Shown piece by piece: positions 49,376 through 57,328 of a stretch of 64,000 bases of DNA. The position numbers and the translations under genes are program-made. The stretch's first letter is position 1, and the number at the start of each line of letters is the position of its first letter. Below the pieces are notes generated by a model. It saw only the letters and a program-made list of their open reading frames with translations. It had not been told where the DNA came from and did not search any database. Source of the DNA: an uncultured bacterium (GTDB taxonomy: Bacteria > Patescibacteriota > Dojkabacteria > J137); the NCBI GenBank assembly GCA_963700155.1, contig OY969472.1:381511-445510 (forward strand), written 5' to 3'.

Positions 49376-50214
49376 CTATTTTATTTCAACATTATATTTA
49401 GCAGGAGGCACTTTATTGTCAATAACTGGCGACATTTCCTCTGCTACATTCCAAATTATTTCAAAAATTTGTTTCTGCATTTTTGAGATTTGAGTATTGT
49501 AAACCTCCACCCCATAAGGTTCTTCATTATACCATCCATAATAGGCGACAACATCATTATAAATATCTACTTGATGAGTTATATCTAAAATATTTGGAGG
49601 TATATATCTGGTCTTAAAATTGTATTCATTGTAAGAAATTTTCTTTTCATACTCTTTTACACTAGCAAGATATGTATCACTAACTAAGTCTCTAAATCTC
49701 AAATGCCTTATAGAAAATTCATCCTGCCACTTTTTTGCAAACTCTTCACCAACAATTTCAGGAAAATACCTAAAACTGTATCCGACACACTCTCTATACG
49801 CTTTTAATGTGTTCCAAGCCATCTGTTTGATACCCTCTGATCCTTGATATAGCAAGACCTTGGTCCCAGGCTGAGAAATTGATGTTGTCGCCGAAAGATA
49901 CTTTGATATTTCCGGCATAATTTTTTTTAGGAAATCAACTTTAGATTCTTCTTCTTTAATTAATAAATCTAGTTTATCTGCTCCAACTGCAAAAATTAGT
50001 TTTTTGTTTTCTTTTAGTACTTCTTCAACTAATCCTCTTTTTTTTAAATCTTCAACATATCTATATACATTTGTTCTGCTAATTTTTGCACTTCTTGAGA
50101 TTTGTAGTATAGTTTGCCCTCCATTTTCAACAAGTGTTAGATAGATCTTTGATTGATCGAAAGTGTAAGACCTAAACTAGATAAAAATTTTATTAAAGTT
50201 TCAATATCTTTCAT
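49376..50214 (-). CDS. TrmB-family HTH transcriptional regulator; an apparent -1 frameshift near 50159-50163 separates the N-terminal 17 codons from the rest (pseudogene or sequence error)
   Basis: The track ORF starts at the internal ATG at 49918. The in-frame upstream sequence encodes the HTH FDQSKIYLTLVENGGQTILQISRSAKISRTNVYRYVEDLKKRGLV with no start codon. An ATG at 50214 in the -1 frame encodes MKDIETLIKFLSSLGLT, matching the TrmB N-terminus. Confidence 0.6.
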
Positions 50215-50359
50215 TTATATATTCTAAAAAAGTGTTGTATATTAGCTCATCTGTCCACCAAAAGGACAACAGATATATAATCATACTACCTTAGGATTAT
50301 AATATCGTCAAGCATGTCCATGAATCGTTGCAGAATAACTATTTTTTAGATTTAAACCT

Positions 50360-51106
50360 ATGAAAATTACTGATTCATATAACAAAATATTTAAAAATAT
50401 AAATAGAGTTCTTATTGTCATGGCACATCCAGATGATCTTGAAATATATTGTGGGGGAACTGTATCAAGATTAATCGCCGATAATAAAGAAGTTATGTCA
50501 ATAAAAATGAATTTAGGAAATAAAGGGTCAAGACAAGAACAAATATCTACGATAGAGCTTACTAAACAAAGATTAAATGAGGACAATAATGCAATGAAAG
50601 TTTTAGGGTTAAAATCTGAAAATAATATATATTTAAATTTTAAAGATGGAGAAGTCGAAAACAGCCTTAAAACAATTGAGAGACTTGCTTATTATATTAG
50701 AAAATTCAAACCCGATTTAATTATTACACATAATCCAGAAGATAAAATTATCAAATTTGATAGTGAAAATAGCTGGATCAATCACCGAGATCATTTAAAC
50801 ACAGGATTATCTGCAATTGATGCAGCTTATCCTTACAGTAGAGATATATTATTCTTTCCAGAACACTTTTCTGATAAAGATGTTCATTCTCACATTTGTA
50901 CAAAATTCCTATTAGTTGATTATTACAATCATGAAGATACTATAAGTATAGAAATGACAAAGTATACAGATTTAAGAACTAAATCTATTGCTGCACATTC
51001 ATCTCAGTATCCTAAAAAAGAAGCGCAAGAATCTACCGATTTCTTTACAAATTTAGATAACTCTGGGAAAAGATATGAACGATTTAGATTTGTTGAGACT
51101 GATTAA
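50360..51106 (+). CDS. PIG-L/LmbE-family N-acetylglucosaminyl deacetylase
   Basis: VLIVMAHPDDLEIYCGGT motif. Confidence 0.75.
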   Translation: MKITDSYNKIFKNINRVLIVMAHPDDLEIYCGGTVSRLIADNKEVMSIKMNLGNKGSRQEQISTIELTKQRLNEDNNAMKVLGLKSENNIYLNFKDGEVENSLKTIERLAYYIRKFKPDLIITHNPEDKIIKFDSENSWINHRDHLNTGLSAIDAAYPYSRDILFFPEHFSDKDVHSHICTKFLLVDYYNHEDTISIEMTKYTDLRTKSIAAHSSQYPKKEAQESTDFFTNLDNSGKRYERFRFVETD

Positions 51107-51165
51107 TAGGTGGATCCAAATATGTAAGAATATTGTAAGAAGTTTTTACTAAAATATATCCACCT

Positions 51166-51231
51166 GGGGATACCAAGTGGATGACTGCTCTGTCAAAGCA
51201 CATCATAAGGGTTCAATTCCCCTCATCTCCA
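51166..51231 (+). ncRNA. tRNA-like element lacking a D-arm, of uncertain nature
   Basis: It has a GGTTCAATTCC T-loop, an acceptor-like stem GGGGATA/CATCTCC with G3·U70, and an anticodon-like hairpin CTGCT-CTGTCAA-AGCAC (GTC). Only 9 nt sit where the D-arm should be. Confidence 0.3.
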
Positions 51232-51314
51232 GCTTAATATTGACAAAATTAATGATTATGATATTATCTAAATATTGACAGAGCTAGCATCTACCAAAAC
51301 GGATGATGTGCTGA

Positions 51315-51341
51315 AAAATCACTCTTGAGGAGTGATTTTTT
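51315..51341. terminator. Bidirectional intrinsic terminator shared by the convergent hisS and upstream plus-strand features
   Basis: AAAAATCACTC-ttgag-GAGTGATTTTT, a perfect 11-bp stem with A/T runs on both sides. Confidence 0.75.
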
Positions 51342-51342
51342 A

Positions 51343-52620
51343 TTATATTAAATTAATTTCCAGTTCTTCACCACTTTGCATTTCTTTAATTTTATAGACT
51401 CCTCTGCTCTTTTCATCACTTCCAAAGATTATAACTTTAGAAATTCCAGTCTTATTTGCGTAATCTAAAGCTTTACCAATCTTTTGGACATCTAAACTTT
51501 GTATTATTTCTTTTCCTTCTTGCCTTAGCTTTTGAGCTAACAATTCAGATTCTGTTTCTAAACCTTCATCAATTACAGGAAAATAAAATGTGTCATTTTG
51601 CGATAGGCTTTCAGGTATTAAATTCCAGCCCTCCAAAAATAACTTTGTAGTTTCATCACCTGGAGCAAAGCCTGTCGCAGGAAAACTCTGACTTCCAAAC
51701 AATTTTGCTAATCCGTTATACCTTCCTCCTCCAAACATAGCTCTCGAATTTTCAGGATTATTGTCAAATACCTCAAAAACCATTCCATCATAATAATCAA
51801 AACCTCGAATTATATTAGGCTGAAACTTTACCCATTCTGAATATCCAAGACTTCCTAATTTAGTAAGTGTTGTTTTAATTTCAATGAAACCTTGATTTTC
51901 AGAAATTTCAGAAAAATTCTTTAATAGTTCTTCCTCACTCTTACTTTGCATAAAGTTCAATAAACTCTTAACTTGATTATCTTGTAAACCTAAAACTACC
52001 AACCTTCTTTCAAACTCCTCTACCCCAAGTTTTTCAAATTTATCTAAAACTCTTACAATTTCAGCTTTTTGTTCAAGACTCACTTTAGCAATATCATTTA
52101 AAACAAAATCAATTAGCTTTCTATTATTAATAAACATAGTGAAAGAACCTTTCTGGGCCCGAAATGACACCATAATCTCTAAGGCTAACTGAAGTATTTC
52201 AATATCAGCATTTAATGAATCTGAACCGAAAATATCAGCGTTTAGCTGCCAAAACTCACGATTTCTGCCTCGCTGAGGCTTTTCGTTCCTAAAAAAATTG
52301 GCAATAGAAAATAACCTCAAAGGTTTTGGCTGACTTTCATAAATTTTGGTCACCATTCGAGTCACAGAAGGTGTCATTTCGGGCCTTATCGCCAATTCTC
52401 GCCCTGCTTTATCTAAAAATGACATTAACTCCTTTCCTCCAATATCTTCCCCTGATTTCGCCCTATAAACCTCAGCACTTTCAACTATCGGAGTCAGATA
52501 TTCTTTATATCCAAAGATTTCACACACTTTTCGCCAAGTATCAAAAATATATTTTCTAACCCTATACTCTTCAGGCATCCAATCAGAAGTTCCTTTTGGT
52601 GGTTGATTTGATAAGTTCAT
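51343..52620 (-). CDS. hisS: Histidine--tRNA ligase
   Basis: Class II aaRS motifs; 425 aa; typical HisRS N-terminus. Confidence 0.95.
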   Translation of the reverse strand: MNLSNQPPKGTSDWMPEEYRVRKYIFDTWRKVCEIFGYKEYLTPIVESAEVYRAKSGEDIGGKELMSFLDKAGRELAIRPEMTPSVTRMVTKIYESQPKPLRLFSIANFFRNEKPQRGRNREFWQLNADIFGSDSLNADIEILQLALEIMVSFRAQKGSFTMFINNRKLIDFVLNDIAKVSLEQKAEIVRVLDKFEKLGVEEFERRLVVLGLQDNQVKSLLNFMQSKSEEELLKNFSEISENQGFIEIKTTLTKLGSLGYSEWVKFQPNIIRGFDYYDGMVFEVFDNNPENSRAMFGGGRYNGLAKLFGSQSFPATGFAPGDETTKLFLEGWNLIPESLSQNDTFYFPVIDEGLETESELLAQKLRQEGKEIIQSLDVQKIGKALDYANKTGISKVIIFGSDEKSRGVYKIKEMQSGEELEINLI

Positions 52621-52661
52621 AATTTTATTGCTAATAATTAAATTGATTATACATAAAAAAT

Positions 52662-52694
52662 AAATACAAAAAAGCCCTCAATAAGAGGGCTTCC
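52662..52694 (-). terminator. Rho-independent terminator after the LOG-methyltransferase gene
   Basis: GGAAGCCCTC-ttatt-GAGGGCTTTTTTGT on the minus strand. A second CCCTC/GAGGG hairpin sits at 52718-52736. Confidence 0.65.
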
Positions 52695-52822
52695 AAAATT
52701 TGATATTCGTGGAAATAAACCCTCTTACTGAGGGCTGTAATGATTTAAATTTAATTTTGTAAATTTATTTCGTTCCATACCAATCATTATACTTTACTAT
52801 AAAGGAATATTCAATACATGCG

Positions 52823-54094
52823 CTATTTTTTAAAAACTCCAATCAACCATCTGTGACTTCTTTTTGTATGATCAATTTTTACTAATTTTAACCCTGCACG
52901 CAATGCACGTTCTTCAAGTTCTTGTGCTGTAAATAAGTGATAAAACCTTTCAATAGAAGAATAATTCTTTTTTTCCTTTTCAATTATTTCTCCTTCTCCT
53001 TCGCGAACAATTACATAAAATACACCACCTTCAACTAATGCATCAGCAATTTTTTTAAATACTAAGTCTAAATGCTCATGAGATACATGATGAATGGAAT
53101 CTCTAGCCCAAATTCCTTTATATTTATCTTTTGGCAAATCATAATCAACAATATCGGCTAATATTACCTGGCTATTAGGATTTTCAAACTTTGCAATATC
53201 TACAAATTTTGAAGATAGATCGATTCCTGTTGCTGTAAATTTTTCAGATAAATATTTCAGATCAAAACCCGGACCACAACCAATATCAAGTACCATTGCT
53301 GGTGGATTAATCATGCTAATAAACTCTTCAAGCTGATCTTGAGCGACGAGCTTGCCTGCATGTTCTGAGTGATAATTATTGGCTACTCTATTGTATTCTT
53401 TAGCAATCATTTGCGATCTTGGCCTCAAAATGAAGGCAAGCTCGTCGCCATTATAATTTCTGTCAGAACACTTTTGAATTTTCAGTTCATGTTCTTGAAT
53501 TATATTCAAAATCTGTTCAGGACTTGTCGCCTGATACAACACACCCAATTCAGTTTCGTCAATATTCATATCTCTTTGAAAGCTTTCTATCAAGTCATCC
53601 CAGAATGCTCCATATAAAATTACTGGTTTATGGCAACCGTAATATAATTTGGCAAGACACCAAACTAAGCCGAACTCTGAAATCGTACCTGTTCCGCCTT
53701 TACAGACAACGTAAACATCACCTTTCTCTATCAACCCAAAGGTTCTAACTACATAATTTGAAGAGGTTTCAGATTCATCTGCAATATTAGCCAAATTCTT
53801 TCCTTCGAAAAATGAAGCCATCTGCGGCTGCCAGTAAACTACAGATGTTTCCCCATTAACGCTCTCTGCTCCATCTGTAGCCGCTTTCATAATACCAGGT
53901 CCACCTCCATTAACTATTACATATTCATTTTCTGCAAGTAATTTTGCTGCATCAAAAACTGACTTGTAAATTGGATCATCTTCAGGTATTGCTGAATCGC
54001 CGAAAAAGGTTATCCTATTTATGATTCGACCACTTTTTAACGTTGGTTCTTGTACTTCTTTTGGCCTAATTGGAAGTTTTGTAATTACGGGCAT
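52823..54094 (-). CDS. Fusion protein: N-terminal LOG-family (Rossmann, TIGR00730-like) domain plus C-terminal class I SAM-dependent methyltransferase
   Basis: LOG motifs VNGGGPGIMKAATDGA and KGGTGTISEF; methyltransferase motif I VLDIGCGPGFD. Confidence 0.65.
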   Translation of the reverse strand: MPVITKLPIRPKEVQEPTLKSGRIINRITFFGDSAIPEDDPIYKSVFDAAKLLAENEYVIVNGGGPGIMKAATDGAESVNGETSVVYWQPQMASFFEGKNLANIADESETSSNYVVRTFGLIEKGDVYVVCKGGTGTISEFGLVWCLAKLYYGCHKPVILYGAFWDDLIESFQRDMNIDETELGVLYQATSPEQILNIIQEHELKIQKCSDRNYNGDELAFILRPRSQMIAKEYNRVANNYHSEHAGKLVAQDQLEEFISMINPPAMVLDIGCGPGFDLKYLSEKFTATGIDLSSKFVDIAKFENPNSQVILADIVDYDLPKDKYKGIWARDSIHHVSHEHLDLVFKKIADALVEGGVFYVIVREGEGEIIEKEKKNYSSIERFYHLFTAQELEERALRAGLKLVKIDHTKRSHRWLIGVFKK

Positions 54095-54110
54095 ATTCCT
54101 TTATTAAAAT

Positions 54111-54767
54111 TTATTCTGATGTTTTTATATTTAAAGCTAATTCTAACTTCATCCTAGCAAGTTCTATATCCTCTGCCTTTGCGAAATATGAGCCTGGACT
54201 CACACGTTGAATGTCCCATTGCTTGACTATATTCGCTGTTTTCAAGTTAATTCCACCATCAAGGCTTATTATGCCATTGTATCCGATTTCTTTAATTTCT
54301 TCTATTTTATCTAAAACTGATTCTTGGAAAGGTCTTCCTTGTCCTCCAATATCAATACTCATAAATTGAACTTCGTTAAATTTGTTATAAAAATCAATAT
54401 TTTTAAGTTTTGTTTCTAATTTTATGCTTACCCCTCTTCTCCAATTTGATGGCCAGTCATAGTTATTCAAGAATTTGATATCTGATTCTTGTTGGAGATA
54501 AATTCTTATAGTTCGATTTTTAAATCCATTCTTTTTTAGTAATTCTAAGTATTCTTCGGGTGAATCAACCATAAAATGAAATCCTAAAGATTTAATCTTC
54601 GAATTCTTTAGAAAGCTTATTGTATCAGCTAAATCAGCTGTTTCATTAGGTAAGAACGGTTTTCTTATTATATCAATATCAACTGAATCAAAGATTTCAT
54701 AAGCTTTTACAAATCTTTTAAATTCTTCTATACTATTTGTTAGTATTGATGGTGAAATTTCAATCAT
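54111..54767 (-). CDS. Ribulose-phosphate 3-epimerase-like TIM-barrel protein (divergent)
   Basis: ISPSILTNSIEEF, HFMVDSP, MSIDIGGQGRPF and LDGGIN align to RPE blocks. The first His/Asp metal motif is not conserved. Confidence 0.45.
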   Translation of the reverse strand: MIEISPSILTNSIEEFKRFVKAYEIFDSVDIDIIRKPFLPNETADLADTISFLKNSKIKSLGFHFMVDSPEEYLELLKKNGFKNRTIRIYLQQESDIKFLNNYDWPSNWRRGVSIKLETKLKNIDFYNKFNEVQFMSIDIGGQGRPFQESVLDKIEEIKEIGYNGIISLDGGINLKTANIVKQWDIQRVSPGSYFAKAEDIELARMKLELALNIKTSE

Positions 54768-54799
54768 AATCTACTCTATTTAAATATTAAAATATCAAT

Positions 54800-55438
54800 G
54801 TGAACAGGATTTATAATTATTCCGTTTTATATCTTATCACATTGTTATTCTACATCTTTTTTAATACAGTTGGGTTTGCTGATCCAGTAGTATTTTTCAT
54901 CTTTTTACTCTCTTCGGTTTATATAGTCTTTGCTAGAGAAGAACTTCCAAAAGCTAGATATATAAAAATCCCTGAGGTTAAACAATACTTCAAAACAAGG
55001 ATAAATATTTTTGGATATCTCATGTCTACAATACTTATAGCTTCTTCAATCTTATTTATTTTGTTAACAATTACTTTAAAGTTAAGTTATGGGATCTCCA
55101 GCTTACTAATTTGGCCTTTATTAATCATCTTTTTTTATCTAATTAATAAATACTCTTCAAAAAAAGCGTTTATTCAATCAATTGTAGATTATATGAGGGA
55201 CATAAATATTAATTATCCTGAGTTAAATTCTATTATTGAATTTTTAACAAATAATGTCCAAAATAATTATGAGCAAAGTAAATTAGAAGATGAAATAGTT
55301 CAGAAATTTCATCTAAATAACACAAGTATACCAATTTTACATGAAACAATTTTAAAATATTTTGAATATGTGAAATTGGTAGAAAATCCAGTCACACCAG
55401 ATGAAATTTCTGAACTTAATAAAAGTGATAATCCTTAA
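54800..55438 (+). CDS. Hypothetical polytopic membrane protein
   Basis: ORF track; about 4 TM. Confidence 0.4.
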   Translation: MNRIYNYSVLYLITLLFYIFFNTVGFADPVVFFIFLLSSVYIVFAREELPKARYIKIPEVKQYFKTRINIFGYLMSTILIASSILFILLTITLKLSYGISSLLIWPLLIIFFYLINKYSSKKAFIQSIVDYMRDININYPELNSIIEFLTNNVQNNYEQSKLEDEIVQKFHLNNTSIPILHETILKYFEYVKLVENPVTPDEISELNKSDNP

Positions 55439-55465
55439 TAGTCTTCACTTCTCTCTTCAACATCG

Positions 55466-55849
55466 TTGAGGTATAATAACTACATGAATGAACTCCAAGA
55501 AAATATTTTAGATCACTATAAAAATCCTAGAAATTTTGGTCATCCTAATTGGGATTTTTCATATGTTTATGAATCAAAAAATATTTCATGCGGAGATGAG
55601 ATAAAGCTTTATGTACAAATGGTTTCAGATAGAATTACAAATTTAGCATTTGAAGGTGAAGGATGCTCTATCGCTATTGCTTCGGCTTCTATTTTAACTG
55701 AAGAGTTTAAAAGTATAAGTATTCCAGAAATTTTAAAAATGAGTAATGAAGACTATATTAAAAACTATATTGGATTTGAATTAACCCCCTCTAGACAAAA
55801 ATGTGCTCTACTTGTTTTTTTAGCTTTAAAAAAATCAATTAGTAAATAA
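55466..55849 (+). CDS. Fe-S cluster assembly scaffold/sulfur-transfer protein, SufU/NifU family (start may be the internal ATG at 55484)
   Basis: ILDHYKNPRNFG, CGDEIKL, and EGEGCSIAIASAS. Confidence 0.75.
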   Translation: MRYNNYMNELQENILDHYKNPRNFGHPNWDFSYVYESKNISCGDEIKLYVQMVSDRITNLAFEGEGCSIAIASASILTEEFKSISIPEILKMSNEDYIKNYIGFELTPSRQKCALLVFLALKKSISK

Positions 55850-56221
55850 GTTAGCTAACTTTCATGTGAAAGGTATACCTAAATTTCTTTAACCAATATA
55901 GTTATCCAGAAAATTATATCTATTATTAATAGTGTATCGATGTATCTATAATATACTTGAAAGTATTTTCAAATTTTGTTCCTAATATTTATAATAATTC
56001 GTATCACATTACCTGCTAGTCTTTTTATTGATTTATTTAATAATCAAAGTACAAGCTAAAAGTGTTACAAATCATTGGAAACAGCTCTAAAACCCTAACA
56101 GAGCAGTGTAATCTTAAAAAAGAAGATATTGACATGGCAATTAATTAATCCTAAACTCAAGAAAATACTAATTAGCAATGCTGTATTAGTATTTTCTATT
56201 TTATTTATTTATTCATAAACT

Positions 56222-56497
56222 ATGAATAAAGCAGATTTGGTTGCATACATTGCAAACAAGACTGGAATGACAAAAAAAGATGTTTCCAGTGTTTTAGATG
56301 CAATGGTAGAGGCTGTAGTTGCAACTGTACAAAAGGGACAAGCAGTCACATTGACTAACTTTGGAACTTTTGTTTCAGTAAGACGAAAAGCTAGCACAAA
56401 AAGAAATCCTAAGACTGGAGCTCCAGTAAAGGTTCCTGCAAAGGATGTTCCAAGGTTCAGACCTGGAAAACACTTCAGAGAAGCTGTTGCAAGATAA
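56222..56497 (+). CDS. hup: DNA-binding protein HU
   Basis: MNKADLVAYIANKTGMTKKDV...FGTF...RNPKTGAPVKVPA. Confidence 0.9.
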   Translation: MNKADLVAYIANKTGMTKKDVSSVLDAMVEAVVATVQKGQAVTLTNFGTFVSVRRKASTKRNPKTGAPVKVPAKDVPRFRPGKHFREAVAR

Positions 56498-56543
56498 GCA
56501 TCTGATAAAAAGACGCCCGATATTATCGGGACCTAAAGAGAGT

Positions 56544-56577
56544 AGAGGCCCAATCAAATGGGTCTCTATTTTTTTAT
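56544..56577 (+). terminator. Rho-independent terminator after hup
   Basis: AGAGGCCCA-atcaaa-TGGGTCTCT followed by ATTTTTTTATTT. It is preceded by a small CCCGAT-att-ATCGGG hairpin at 56516-56530. Confidence 0.7.
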
Positions 56578-56594
56578 TTAGTATATAATTAAAC

Positions 56595-57328
56595 ATGATT
56601 GAATCAAAAATACTGTATAGAGGAGACTTACCAAAAATAATATCTATATAGAACATGTTAATAATAAACATAAGTTTAGACCCGAATTTGAATCTAAGGT
56701 TGCAGAATTATGGAAATTATTCTTAGTAAATGCCGAGGAGAAAGGACTAAATCCCTGGGATGGAGATCAGTATAGAATTGAAAACCCTGAAGAATTTATA
56801 AAAAGTAATGTAATCCAATTATCTACCATAAAGTACTCAAGGACCAGAGCATTTTCAATATTATCTAAAGAAAATATAATGGACAAAAACGAATACATAA
56901 ATGCAATTGCAACTGGATCCGTCATCATGACATCCGATAGACAATTTGTGATGGGGAAGAGAGGGAAAACCATGCATCTTACCAATATAGATTTTATTGG
57001 TGGAGGACTACAAGAGGATGAGTTTATAGTAAATGATATTAAAGATTTTAAAAAGAACACAATAAAAGAGATACAAGAAGAAATAAATTTAAGAAGCGAT
57101 ATGATAAAACAGATTGAGGGATTGGGAATAATATTTAGTACAACAACAAATATTTTGTTTTTCTATAAATCGATATTGAATATTGATTCCATCGAACTAA
57201 TGAAAAGATTTAGAGAACGAAATGATACTGAAATGGAAGATCTTATTTTAATAAAATCAGAAAAGTATAAAGATTATTTAAAAACCCTACCAGGATATAG
57301 GCCACTTGTAGCAGCTTTATTAAACTAG
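56595..57328 (+). CDS. Nudix-like hydrolase; an apparent -1 frameshift at an A-run (56631-56640) separates the ATG at 56595 from the main frame (pseudogene or sequence error)
   Basis: Track ORF 56879-57328 starts at an internal ATG. The same frame stays open back to 56619, encoding NNIYIEHVNNKHKFRPEFESKVAELWKLFLVNAEEKGLNPWDGDQYRIEN... with no ATG/GTG/TTG. An ATG at 56595 (MIESKILYRGDLPK) lies in the -1 frame. A degenerate Nudix box is present: GGGLQEDEFIVNDIKDFKKNTIKEIQEEI. Confidence 0.5.

Noticed and set aside
49275-49493. Plus-strand 72-aa ORF
   Set aside because: It overlaps the tRNA-Leu gene and the tRNA-Ala / tRNA-Leu spacer on the opposite strand, and its translation is low-complexity.
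51108-51345. tmRNA (ssrA) or T-box leader as the identity of the tRNA-like / structured region
   Set aside because: For tmRNA, the 5' acceptor-like strand is only ~45 nt from the T-arm (tmRNA needs ~300 nt with a tag ORF), and no permuted arrangement fits. For a T-box, the element lies downstream of, and convergent with, hisS, and no plus-strand gene follows the terminator.
55851-55873. Palindromes GTTAGCTAAC and CTTTCATGTGAAAG just after sufU
   Set aside because: The stems are too short and the loops too small for a convincing terminator, and no T-run follows. They could be chance palindromes in AT-rich DNA.
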